A DNA stretch of 63,142 bases, filler included, from Trypethelium eluteriae (lineage: Eukaryota), in the NCBI GenBank assembly GCA_051942245.1. It is 2 parts of 2 records of this genome, joined end to end, with 100 filler letters (N's around TTAATTAATTAA, not from the genome) between each part and the next. Parts side by side here need not be neighbours in the genome. Positions count along the whole stretch, not along the records: positions 1 to 31,576 come from JAVECL010000272.1; positions 31,677 to 63,142 come from JAVECL010000273.1. One strand, given 5' to 3'. A model generated the notes under the pieces. It searched no databases and was not told the origin of the DNA. It saw only the letters and a list, made by a program, of their open reading frames with translations. The translations under genes were made by a program, and so were the position numbers. Every line of letters begins with the position of its first letter. Positions within the stretch are counted from its first letter, which is position 1. Positions 25,420-37,776 of the stretch are shown here, piece by piece.

Positions 25420-26300
25420 ATTAATTAATTAAAATAACTCCAGCAACCTCCTTTAACTTAATATGTATATAATAATAAACTAAGTTACTCTAAAAGCTGT
25501 AAACCAAACTTTGTTATTATCCCTGCTTTTTCCACCAGCTTTATTAATTATAGCTCTATTTCTGTTTATAAATCTTAGTCCTTAAAAATAAGAATAATAT
25601 TAAAAAGATTTATGTTCTTTAGCAATTTTATAGACTTTTTAATCCAGTATTAATTACTTAGTATTTTAGGGCCGTCTATAGGAATCTTAAAATATCCACA
25701 ATCTTTCTAGTCTTATTTTGCAATCTCCTCCTTTATTACTGCTTTCTGTCTTTATATTATAATAAACTCTTTATTATTTAAAGAGCAGTATAAAACCTTC
25801 GCCTCTAAATATATAGATTTAATAAAGATATCCCATTAACTTTCTCCCTTTATCAGCTTGAGGAACTTTTTATAGAAATGCTATGGGATAATTTTTAAAT
25901 CATTAGGAATCAGAAACTTTATAACTGCTCACTGCTTAAATTAGATAAAGTATAAGCCTAAACTACGCGTATATTATAAAAACTGGTAATCCGCTGGTTA
26001 GCCGGTAATAATTAAAACACCATATTTATGCAGTTTTAAGAGATCCGGTATAAAAGGTTCAGTTTCTAAATTAAGCAGTCCTAGGTGGTAAGGAGTGCTG
26101 TTAATATCTCCGCGTAGAAACTTTATATTTAGGTTAATAATATTAGAATAAGTCTTTATACTATCCCAGAGCTCTTCAAATTTTTGCTATTCCTCCTTAA
26201 TTGTTTTACCCACTTTAATTTTTCTTTCACTTTTCCAGCCATACCCTATTAAAGGTTAGCCTAGGTCCAAATATGTAAGATTTAAAAATTAAATATGCAG
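25420..26300 (-). pseudogene. DUF6919-like protein, RIP-disrupted
   Basis: The minus strand reads LWDSIKTYSNIINLNIKFLRGDINSTPYHLGLLNLETEPFIPDLLKLHKYGVLIITG*P (~26170-25995). This matches my recollection of the W....F.DL..LN..FL.G....PYH.GP...ET....L..L...G.LT..[SG]QP motif. Confidence 0.6.
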
Positions 26301-27549
26301 TAAATCTTATTATTTTAGACGCTTTTTATAACCTTATGCGAATAAACTGGATCCTCTTTAATCAGGGGTAAAAATAGACTATTATTACCGCTGATTATTA
26401 GTAGAGGTAAAGATAAAAGTAATACTGGATTAATTTTACCATTAAACATAATTAGAGATTTAATTTAAGGAATTAATAATTATAATAAGAAGGTGACTAA
26501 TAAGAGAGATTTTGCTATAAAGTTTGTTTTAAGCTAAAGAGCTCCAACTCTTACACTAATAAAGTCCTTCTTATATCTATACATAGACTATAAAAAGACA
26601 ACCCTAAACCAGGCTGGTTTTAGTATCCTAGTAATAATATATCCAGAGCGTAAGCGCTGGCAGCCCTAAATAAATTACTTAGCGCTAGCATGATCTAGAT
26701 AAGGACTGATAAGGACAAGGTGTATACTAACATATAATATGTTAAATATTTTAATGTAATTAACAATTATTAAAAGAGAAGGAACAGAATGCGAATATTA
26801 TTATTAGTTAACATCTAAAGAAGCTATCTAAAAGAAGGCAAAGGTCTAAAAAGTAATAAAAGCAGTTTATTTTCTCCTTAAAAGTCCTCTCTAAGTTAAT
26901 ATAACTACTCCATGTGTATTAACTATCCTTTACAACATTTATTTACTAACCCTACTTTCTAGAGCTTCTTTACCTTCAATCCTGCTTTCTCTATTGCTGG
27001 TACTCTTAGCATTGCCTACTTCAGCAGAGTTGCTGGTAATATTTATTACTAGATCCTTAAGTTAATTATTACCAGCTTATCATAATAAGAACCAAGACTA
27101 ATTCTTATCCATTCTACTGATAGACTTAAGTTCTTGTATAATAATTAGTAGAGTCTTACAGTAGTATAATCAGCTTAGATAAACTCCCTTCTTTAAGGAA
27201 GCATAAAGATACCCAGGACTGTAGGGCGGAGGAGGGGGAGGCTCCTCCTAAGGATAATTAAGTAGTATATAGCCTAAAGTAGTACGCATCTGGGCAATCT
27301 GCTCTCGCGCAGTACTTATTTGACCGCGTGACTTATACAGTCTACTAAAGATAAGTATCAGATACATACTTAATTGGTGAGGATTATTTAAAGATAGTAG
27401 TTGGTGTTATAAAGGATTAAATATAAAGAATATTTATAAAGTAGGCATAAGAAGTAGCTATTTGTATAGGGTCCAGCTAAACACCGCTAGTAGGAAATAG
27501 GTCTCTCCTTTATTAATAATATTAGGTTGTTTTAATATAAAAGACTTAA

Positions 27550-29250
27550 ATTAGGATGGATTATTCTAAAAATAATAATCCATTATTTTAACTACTAAGG
27601 CTGGAATTCTAACTCATAAAACTTAATCTTATCCATAATTGCTTTTTTAATTTTATGCTAAGCCCAGTCCCGCAGCTCCGCATTGCAAGAAACTGTCCTA
27701 AAAAATAAAACAAAGCAGTAAAGTAAAAGAGTTAAAAGCTTACCTGCGATAATAGTCCGTCCCTTAAGTTTAAATATTACTTCTTTAAGAGATTCCTTAA
27801 TATTTATCTCGCAGAAATAGGTTATTATATAATTATAAGACCCATCCGTATCTAATTGCTGGCCAAGTGTTTATTAAGAAGTATTATATAAGGTAATATT
27901 TAGTATCTTATTTAAACAGTCAGCATTATTAAAAACATAAAGTTAAACCTATACATAATTATGCTTATTAAGTTTAAGGAGATCAGTTATCTAATCAAAT
28001 ACCTATTCACACTGCCCTTACTGATTAATTAGCATAGGCCCAGTGACACGCAATCCAGCAACTTACTATGCTCTAACTGCTAGAATAGCTTAATTTGCTT
28101 AGTGTAAGCAATTCCCGCCTGTCTTTACATTACTAACTGTTTCATAAGAGGAACTATTGCTGTTATACTAATTCCCAAGGCTATCAGGATAACAGTACTA
28201 TAATATGCCAATAACTTAGGGCATCCATATAGCCTATTAATAAGAGCATTATACCAGACATTAGGCTATATTTAGAGCCGGACCTTTGCAGTTAAACCGC
28301 GTTATGCTACAAAAAGCATGCTAATTACTTAGACATAGCCCTAACTGTCCTTATCCCATTATATTACTATAAATAGATGTAACTCCAGCTATAACCAAAT
28401 TCTAATTCTAGGTAGCCATATTTATACATACTCCCCTGCCTAGATTTTTTATAGCCTTAAAAGTAAAACCTTAATTTGCGTAGCATTCTTATAATACTTA
28501 ACTCTGGTTTTGGGAAAGGGCCGCCCAAATATAATATTCCAATAAATAAGCTTATAGGTAAAGTAGGTCATAATTGTTAGTAATATTATTGCACATACTA
28601 TAATATACGCGGCTGGTGGGGCAATTGCGTATTAGAGGTGACGCTAAATAGCAAAAAGAGCAAAGATAGCAATTCTGAGATGCAATTTAAGGAATATCTC
28701 ATACAGCCATTTATAAACTAGGGGGAGTATCACTAACACAGCAATAGATATTAGAGCCTGTAATGTGTGTTAGCAAGTATTATTCTCTGTGAGATGGAAT
28801 TATATAAAAAGTCCATAATAAGAGGTAATATTAGTCATTAAAAATAGGTAATAAGTAAGTTGTATAATTACATGGATCGCCGACTGGACACACACTATAA
28901 GCGCTGCAGAGTTGTAAAGTTAGTGCATGGCTTCTAAAGGTATTCCCAGCCATACTGCCGCAGTATGTAAATAATTCCTAAGGTATAAAGGGATAAGGTT
29001 AATAATAGAGAGTACAGCAGCATAAAAACCTGCCTGGTCTGTGCTCTGCACCTAAACAATGTTAAAGACCGCCGTCCTAAGCTAATAAAGTATTTAAACT
29101 GCAAACTTAAAGCGCAAAAGTGGATGCATGTACTAAGTATATTAAACTATAAATAGGTATATAAGCCGCTTAAGAATAAAGTAAATAACTAATTATAAAA
29201 GGGTTTAATCTAAGTATTAACATAATTGCTAAGCAATAAGAGTAACCAGC
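27550..29250 (-). pseudogene. Ferric reductase-like transmembrane flavoprotein (Starship FRE-type), RIP-disrupted
   Basis: The minus strand shows AGFYAAVLSIINLIPLYL..LGIPL..QSAIHV and KWLYEIFLKLHL..AI*RHL (heme His). The FAD region reads AGEYV*IWLP..ELHLF. The NAD region reads ALINRLYGCP..YSTVILIALGISITAIVPLMKQL (ancestral DGPYG..ASGIG). Confidence 0.82.
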
Positions 29251-29453
29251 ACTCCCCTAATAACTAAAAAGTAAACTTCTAAAAGCTCTATTGCGCGACC
29301 TAATACAAGGCGGATGTAATGGAATATATAACTGCTGCCTTTGCCGCCAAGCCCTCCTATCTTCTTTATATTTAACCCTTATTATTATACTATTTAGGAT
29401 AGCTCCACACTAATTTGGTTTTTAAAACCACTTAATATTTATTATAACTCCTG

Positions 29454-29615
29454 CTAAGCAAGTTTTTAAAAGCTTTTAAAAGCGGATTAAAACCCTAGCA
29501 TCTAAATCACAGCAGCTGCAGGAAGTAACCAGGGCAGAAATTTTTATTATAACAAAATTTAAGGGAATTTATTATTACTTTTTTATGGGGAATAATAAGG
29601 GCTAGCCGCCCTAGG
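29454..29615 (+). pseudogene. Second MADS-box-like domain remnant (host gene may extend further)
   Basis: SF*KRIKTLASKSQQLQEVTRAEIFIITKFKGIYYYFFMGNNKG*PP resembles F.KR..TL..K..EL.....AE++++....G.YY.F......WPP. Confidence 0.45.
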
Positions 29616-31438
29616 CTAAACTTACTAACCTTTACATAAGTTATATTCTAAGCTAGCTAAAGGTATACTAAATTATATGCATAGCGCAATAAAAGGCTTA
29701 TACAACTTTCTACAGAAGTGCTAATACCTTTAATAAACCTATATTTAAGCTGGATAGCGGACCTAATAATTAACCACCCCTAAGAATTAAGCCAGCCGCA
29801 AAATTATTAAAGCAATAGTAATATTTTTTATGCAGTCTTTAATAAGGAGGAGCAGCAGCTTGCTTTCACAGCTCTATTATTGCACACTAATCTTTATTCA
29901 AGCTGGATAAAAGGACCACATATTAAATAGTTGCAAAACCACTATTATAGCAAAATCCAAAATAATATTAAATATACACTGCTAAAGTCTTATAAGCAAG
30001 AAGTCCCTCTCTTTAAGCATATTTAAGATCTTCCTAATAGCTTAAAAATAATAATACTTCTACCCAATATAGAAATTTTGCCCATTAGTAAAAGAGCACT
30101 TTCTTATTCAGTATTACAAATTTAGGGGGATAGTGCAAGCGGCAAAAACCCTACTAAGGGATCTTAAGACAATCTATGCCTAAAAGAAGTAATAAAAAAC
30201 GCTGTTTCTGGAGTAAATTCTTATTAAGCTGCAGACCTAGCTAAATAGTAAACAGAACATTTAGACAATAATTAATAATATCCACTGAATAACCAAAGAA
30301 TAACAAAAATACTAGCAATGCTTAATATATTAAATCCTTATACCCTCGCCTCTCCTTTAAAAGGCTGTGGAGCTATTACTAAAGACGTCTAAGTGCTATT
30401 ATAAGCAGAAGAGTTGATTATTAGACCTGAGGTACCCCGCGCCCCTATTCCTGTCCATATTGCGACTAAAGGAAGTAAAGTAATAATTAACTATTAGGCA
30501 TACTTAAGGAATTAAGCAAAGTTATTACAAGGGTTAATTATAAAGACCATTCCAGTATAACAGTATAAAATTAGCTTTATTTATTTGCATAAGAATTACT
30601 ATGGATTTATGTTTTGGATAAGGAAAAGCAATGTATTATTTATAATATTTTAAGGATTGGAATGGATAAAACCTATATTAAATAAATTCAAAGGCATGCA
30701 AGGCTTGTTAAGTAAGGATTATATTAAGGTATGGTTAAGCTTAAGAAAATAAAACCTAACAATATCTCCCACTCCTACTTTTATTAGCCATGGATTAAAA
30801 AAGAAATCCCCTTAAGTGCTAATAAAGACCTTATGGGTGTATTAAGGCACGGGTCATAATATAGCTGTCCCTAAGCTAGGCGCTAAAGTTAGGGCGGGAG
30901 TGCTAATATTATTAACTTTAAATCCAAATAACATAAAATTAATAGATTATCCAAGGCTAACACTGCTACACTGTTAGCTGTCACACTCTTACTATGGATA
31001 CCTAAGCAATGCACCCTTTAGTCCCATAAAGCTTAATAGGTGTACCAAGCAGCAGAAAAATAAATAAAAGGCCATAAAATTATTTAAGTTTTATGTATAT
31101 TATTATTGTAATAAATTGCTAAGTATTAAATATTTAAGGAAGAGCTTAGTATAATATAGGCTTAGGATAACTATTCTTAAAATAGTCTGCTGGGGCAGGT
31201 TAATATAGGACTTTTTATTTTGCTTATTAACTTAACCTATTCAGTCTACTTTATTTTTATAACCTTTTTTAAGAAACTATTAACTTAATAAAAACAGTAA
31301 ATTAAAACCATGCTATCTAGTTCTAGCCTAATTTAGAATAACCCCTCCTAAGCTTACCGCTAGCCATCTCCTAAGTAACTTATAATAGCTGCGCTGCTTT
31401 AGCAGTTAAGAAGGTAAATTAGAAGCAAAAAGCCGGTA

Positions 31439-31576
31439 GAGTCTGGACCCTAGATTTGATCGGACCCTAGATTTGATCGGTGAAAATCATACAACCACCT
31501 GCGCAATGCGTGCGCAACGCCTGCGCGAAGCCGGCGCTTCATCAAAATCGCTAGATAATATCTCAAATGATGGATC
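31439..31576 (+). mobile_element. Probable left end (TIR) of a young DNA transposon at the contig end
   Basis: After a TA there is an abrupt switch to non-RIP-looking sequence with a perfect 17-bp tandem repeat (ggaccctagatttgatc x2, 31445-31478). The contig breaks ~100 nt later. Confidence 0.35.
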
Positions 31577-31676
31577 NNNNNNNNNNNNNNNNNNNNNNNN
31601 NNNNNNNNNNNNNNNNNNNNTTAATTAATTAANNNNNNNNNNNNNNNNNNNNNNNNNNNNNNNNNNNNNNNNNNNN
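31577..31676. other. Artificial assembly linker (N44-TTAATTAATTAA-N44)
   Basis: Exactly 100 nt with a six-frame-stop palindrome at its centre. Confidence 0.97.
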
Positions 31677-32637
31677 CGCACACCCCCCACGGCAGCACCT
31701 CCGCCTCCGCCCAGTCCACCACGCCGCGCAGCTCGAACGTCGCGCGGTCGACCAGCACGTTCGTCGGCACCAGGTCGCCGTGGTTCAGCACGAGGGGCAG
31801 CGCGCGCAGGAGGTGCAGACGGGAGAGGGCGCGCTGGGCGTGCGCGCGGAGGCGGGGTGTCGGCAGGTCGTGGGCGAGACGCGAGAGCTTGAAGGTGAGG
31901 TGGGGGCCGACTTTGCCGGTCATTTGGGGGGTTGAGGCAGGCGAGGAAGCCGGTGTCGTGGTGGTGGTGTTGGCGGCGTGGTAGCCGCGGGCGAGGAAGG
32001 CGGCGAGGTCGCGGACGAGGCGGAGTTGGCGGTGGTAGGCGTCCGGGGAGAGGGACTTGGTGTGTGGTTGGAGGAGGGGATAGGGATGGCCTGGGAGGAG
32101 ATCCATTTCGTAGATGAGGAGTTGTCTCTTTTCGAGATGTTGCGCCTTGGCATTGGGGTTTTTGACGGTTCCTGGTCCTTCAATCTTTGCTTCTCTCGTC
32201 TCATCCTTATTCCCCTTCAATTCCTCCTTCCTGTTCTCCGTTCTGAGGCCCTTCCCCGTATTCAATGCTAGTTGCAGCGCTCCATGACTCCACACTCGGG
32301 GTACGCATGCCCCGTAGATCAGTCTCGCTTTTGCCACAAGCTCGACATCGATTGCAAATTGCTTCGGCCGAAACTGCAGTAGACTCGTGTGTGTGGCTGA
32401 CCAGGAGAAGAAAGACGCGTAGAGGGTGTAGCTGCAGTATCCTTGATGCTCGAAAACACGGATCACGGCGTCTGGGTGAAGGCGCGTCGCGGCGATATCG
32501 CACTGATCACGGTCCAAAGGGTTGAGATTGTTACGAGTGAAGAAGGAATGAAGATGAGAGTTGATTAGATTGGAGTGAGAGTTCGAACTGTTCGGTGTCG
32601 CGATTGCGGGGTGAGTATTGGGTCTGGTGAGAGACAT
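31677..32637 (-). CDS. Aminoglycoside phosphotransferase / kinase-like (APH) family protein, 3' end lost in gap
   Basis: QGYCSYT, QFR and LPLVLNHGDLVPTNVLVD..LRGVVDWAEAEVLPWG (Brenner motif HGDL..N and DW). Start inferred at MSLTRP. Confidence 0.85.
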
Positions 32638-33288
32638 TGCGGATGGATGATATCCATGATGAACTGAGGAACGAGATAAGTACGAAGAGCACAGCTTCAA
32701 GGCAAGTAATGCAAGTCGTACATATCAGATGCTCCTGCACTCACTTCCATCTTTGGGCCGGATTGCCCCGACTGGCGCGGCTGGAGGCAGAATGGACATG
32801 GAGGCGTGGAGATGGTTGTGATACGCCAAACCCCTCCTGAACCCCTCATAGGATATCATGTGAGGATTGAGATAAGGCCTAGACGGCTGGCGATCAAGCT
32901 ATTCTCTGAAGAACCACGTCAAAGATGCGAGGATTGGAATGGAGTTGAATTAACTGATGGACCTTCTTTTCATCAATTCGGGGCATCTATCTCTGTCCCA
33001 AAAATCGCCCAACGCGAATCCAGACACTGGCTGGAGCACCTGGTCTCGACAGCAACGACGATGATAGACCAATAAACAATGACCAAAGGTATATCCATCT
33101 CAGACAGCCCATGTATCATAGAACGTCCGTGAAAGGACAAACAAAATGTGTTGGCACCCATCAGTCTCCGTGAAATTGTCGTAGACACATATATATACCC
33201 AAAATCTTCAGACCAAAAATATGAACCATGTAGAGGGAGGAAAAATTCAACGACCACGACAGCCACCGCGACAGTAAGGCACGACGCC

Positions 33289-36115
33289 TTATGTACTGTA
33301 TACGGGTGCCTTCACCAGCACCGATTTCCCCTTCACCTGGACACTTAAAAACGTAGCGAACCTCACCCGTGGAGGAGCCGCGTCTTCCTTCCCGCCTGTC
33401 GCACTTCCTGGCGGCTGACTTAACGAACTCTGCGATCCATTCCCACTGCCCTGCTGCCTCGACTGCTGCTGCTGACCTCCCTTCTTCCCACCTCCACCCC
33501 CCATAATGCCACTAAACATCCCCCTCTTCTTCTCCGGCAGCGGCGGCTCCTCCGCGGGACTCGCCCCATCCTTCCCCTCGCCACCACCACTCCCCGTACT
33601 CCGCACACTCGCGCGATCCGCCGCATCCTCGCTCGCACTCACGCTCACCGCCAACGCCGGAATGCCCGTCTCGATCTTCATGACTTCAGGCGCGATGGTA
33701 GCGCCGGGTGCCGGATACCAGATAGCGACGTCGCGGCTCTCGAGCGGCAGGTTGCCCGCGATGGAGACCGCGAGCTCGACGATCATGTGGACGCCGCCTT
33801 CGAGATCCGGCGGCGGCGGATCGACCATGTACTGCGCGAGGGAGGCGACGAGGCCCGAGGCGAGGGCGCGGGCGAGGGTGTCGCGGTAGTCCGGGGCGTG
33901 GGGCGACTTGAGCATTTCTTGGAGGCCCTCGAGGGTGGTGAGGCGCCAGTTGATGACTTTGGAGCGGAGCGCGTCTTCCTCCTCGAGATTCGTGCAGGCG
34001 GGGGCGAAGTTGACGATGTTGTTCTGGATGGTTTTGAGGGAGGCGGAGAAGGGGAGGTCGAGGTCCGGGTGGAAGTACTTCTCGAAGAGCTCGTCGATGA
34101 GGTAGCAGGTGATGCAGGCGCGGCCGACCGCTGTCATTTCTTGTTTGCCTGTCGCGACGGCGTCTTTGTTGACGACTGGGGCGAGCCAGGCGGGTATTAT
34201 TTTCCAGGATTTGCGGATGGAGAAGGCGAGTTGGGCGATAAGGCCATCAAGGCGGTTAAAGCGAGTTGCGTACTCGTTATCATCTAGCGACGTTTTCGAT
34301 AAAGAGAGCTTTTGATGTGCAAGCGAATTTTGGAGTTGTTTGACTTGGTCTTCTTTTTCAAAATAATACTTCTTCACCTTGTTGTATTTTTCGCCTGATG
34401 GACAGTTAGTACAGATAGTCTACAGATAATGAGAAGCTTCAGACTTACGAAGTTCTTTGTGGTCTTTTACTAGCTGTGTTACTTCATCTTCTGACGGCGC
34501 TCCTCCATCGTTTCCCATTGATGGTTGTGGCGATGTCCGTCCGTGCGATTCCGATAGCCCCGGTGTGTGCCCGCCTTTGTACGGTTGGCCTTGTGAGCCT
34601 GGAGGTACTATGTTGACACCAAAAGGTGCCATACCTGATGTGGACGACTGCGGCAGATGACCTTGCTGTGGCGGAAGTTTAGAACTTTCTCTGGGCGGAA
34701 TGCCTTGACTGCTTCTGTCAGTGTCAGTGCGTGTAAGTTTAGGAGCCGCGCCTTCTCCTCGGTGCATAGATACACGTGTCGAGTCTTGAGAAGTTCGCGA
34801 TAGGGCTTGGGCCGCGCCTCCAGGTGCCTTTGGTGGTGGCTGACCTTGCTGGCTTTGGTTCAACTGCTGCTGTGGAGGAAGATGCTGTCGAGGATCGGGT
34901 TGAGTCTCGCTGCCTGAAGGCTGCGGTTGAATGCGACCTTGGCCCGGATTGGGATGTGTTTGTGGAGAAGGAAGTTGCGGCGGAGGATAGTAAGTCTGTT
35001 GTCCCCCTTGCTGGGGATCAACCTGTTGACGATACTGCTCTGGTAAGGGTGAGACCTGTTGCTGAAGAGCTGGGTCGTTTGGCGCTTGGCTGAGGCCAGC
35101 CGGTGGTTGATAGTGCTGCTGAGGTGAATTCTGAACAGAACTTGCTTCTACCTTGCCCCGCACGGGGTCCAATTGACCGTGCTCTTCCTCTTGGGTGACA
35201 GAAAGCAAATTCGAGGTTGAGTTGCCCCTCGATGACCACTGGAAAGAATGTCTTTTATCTTGGGGCGAATTCTGTTGACTGTCGCCTTCGCCTTCGGCCT
35301 TCCTCAACGAAATTCTTCGAGTGAGCCCAGGCGAGCTTGAGCCAAGACTATGCCTTGTCGAAGAGGAGAGTCCGAACCGACCCTTAAGCGACCTGATCTT
35401 CTCCTCCTTGGCAGCTAAGTCTTCTTCCGAGTATTGATATTGTTCCTCTCTTGCGCCCTGCTGGGAAAGTCTTCCACTGGCGGAATAGACGTTGAATTGG
35501 GGCTGTTGTGGTTGTTGATGCTGCGGTGGGGGAAATTGCTGTTGCTGTTGCTGTTGTTGATAGACTGGTGGCTCGCCCTGCGGCAATTGGCCCTGATAGT
35601 ATTGCTGGGGGTGTTGCTGGTACTGTTGTGGAATTTGCTGCTGGATGTATTGTTCCTGGCCTGCAGAGAATGCGGTAGTCAGCTTCAAGGCATTGCGGAG
35701 GACAGGGAAGAGGCGGCGGTGACGAATGCCGGGCCTAACTATCGAAACACTGACCTTGGTCTTGGAGGCCAGGAATCTGATGGGGCTGTCCTCCGCCGAC
35801 AGCAGCAGTCGTGGACCGAGTCCGGTTCTTAGACCAAAATTTGGATGGCATCGAGCGGACACCGGGAGCTCAGCGTCCAACGAACGCAGTGCGAATGTCG
35901 GTGAGGCTGAGGATGGGATGCAAGACGTATTTGAGAAGTCCTAACAGCCGCCAGTCCAAGAAGGTGCAGTCGCCGCTCGGGTAGATTGCTGGCCTCAGGA
36001 ACGCCGGCCTTTGTGCAGCTATTTCAGTCCTGAAGGCAAGGTGCTCTTTACAGAAAGCCCAGCCAACACTTCTTTTCCACAGCTCCCCTGAGCCGCGCCC
36101 GGCATTCACCAGCAT
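33289..36115 (-). CDS. Conserved fungal Gln-rich protein with coiled-coil and conserved C-terminal domain (multi-exon; 5' end uncertain)
   Basis: ORFs 34420-35880 and 33289-34377 join via a GT-AG intron at 34448-34395 with a ctaac branch site, giving KELR|EKYNKVKKYYFEK. Confidence 0.75.
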
Positions 36116-37776
36116 GCGAAACTAAGCGGATCAGGGCTGCAGGAGCCTGCCTACCTTACCTTCCTAGTACCCGCTCCCCATCTGCTTCTTTCCAATTTGC
36201 CTCAGCGTCAGGAGGGGGCGGTAGAGAGCCCACCAGAGCACGGTGCTGCAGGTCAGCGGACGCTTTCTGGCCACGCTAGACCTCGTCCATCCCTTCTACC
36301 TCCATCTTCGTGGTGGCAGTGCAAGACAGCATTTGCGTCAATCACGTGTGTCTTCCACTGGACGGGCAGCTCCGTCTTCCAATTGGAGAGGTTGAAACGG
36401 CTATATACTGTTTTCTGCCGTGAACAGCCGTCTGATGAACTGTCTGCAGGACCGGTTTAAGCATACAAAAAGCAAAGTCATTCGCCGGAGGATGACGGCC
36501 CGTCTGACGAGCATGGAAGAATATGCATATGTAGGGAGTACTAGGTAGCTTATTACAGATCTTCTCCTGAAATCCAATATTATGCCGGCTCGTGTCAGAG
36601 CAATACATCGTAGATTGGGTGGGGCCTGAGAGACTGTTTGCGCGCAGATAATTTCTGCTTCAACCAAACCTAGTCCTTCATCATGGGTAAATCTTAATAC
36701 AGAGCATGGCTGGCTACTGCACAAGCGACCCAAGTCTGCTCTGTGGCTATGGAATGACGTGTTCGTCTTGTCTGGACTGTCGTTATCTTTAGGGTTTGGA
36801 TGTCGCGTACTGTGGTTGGATGAACCTTGAAGGGATGATGTGGAATATCACAACGGCAACAACTATACCGAAGCCGCACAAAGCAATAATCTCCTCAGTT
36901 GTCTCGTTTCAAGAGCTTTACGGAAGACTGGGGGTTGGATCTAGCGGATCTGTTCTATGCGAGCATGCCGAGCCCCAGATTGAATGATGTGAGGGGTTGA
37001 GACTTGTCCGTCATCTAAATTTAGAAATCGCTCAGTGTTTCACAATTTCCGGAACACTTACTAAAGTCAGTGAGGCTGAGAGTCGTCACATCACGCTTCA
37101 AATCCACAGGAACGACGATGGAAGACTCTCTCAAAGTCTAACACACGGAGGTCTTCTTGAAGTGCTTTCGAAAGCATGACGAAATGAAAACGTTCAGAGC
37201 TGTCCTACCTATTACGTGCATATTAAGAACAGCCGCAGGGGACAACCCAGTACGTTGGGATAGACCAGCCCAGGAATTGATCTGTGAGACCAATGGACGA
37301 GATACCGGTCAAGAGAAAGTGCGACGAGCAGAGAGAAGCGGAATCGTACGGACGTTCCCAGTCCGTCAATTCCGATGCGATGATGTTGGTCCTTCCTGTC
37401 TAGGCACCTGCTCTTTCCGAGCATCCAAATTGCACTTTGTTATGGCCTCATCTTATCCAATGTTACCGACCATTATCACATGTCAATCGCTATGTATCTA
37501 AGGTAAGTACCGTACATGTACGTACTAGGTATACCTAAGTGTCAGACACTTGACGCATAACACAGAGGACATAGCATGCACGGTTTTTTGTTTGTTTGTG
37601 AATTCCCGGTCACATGTCTCGCACACAGTCAATTTTCCTCATACCTACCTACCTTAGGTACCTTATATTAGGTTCCTAAAGCAAGTATCCCACAGCTACT
37701 TCTAGACTCTGTGTTCTCTCGAATTCTGCTGAGTGACTCCTCTAACTCATCAACGCTTGTTTGCAACCAGTCCGTC

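Larger units (their letters stand above)
1..31576 (+). mobile_element. RIP-inactivated Starship giant transposon (captain + cargo); true termini not resolved
   Basis: A DUF3435-type tyrosine recombinase is the first gene at the left edge. It is followed by typical Starship auxiliary classes (ferric reductase-like, NLRs) across ~31 kb of uniformly TpA-rich DNA in which CAA/CAG/TGG codons have become TAA/TAG. Confidence 0.8.

Noticed and set aside
30400..31100. Possible Ulp1-like protease remnant at the right end of the RIP region
   Set aside because: Only a vague resemblance; catalytic motifs could not be read convincingly.
31577..31676. Sharp AT-rich/GC-rich boundary as the Starship right border or an isochore edge
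   Set aside because: It coincides with an artificial N-linker, so true adjacency of the two halves is unproven. Right-hand genes should not be counted as cargo or as the insertion site.
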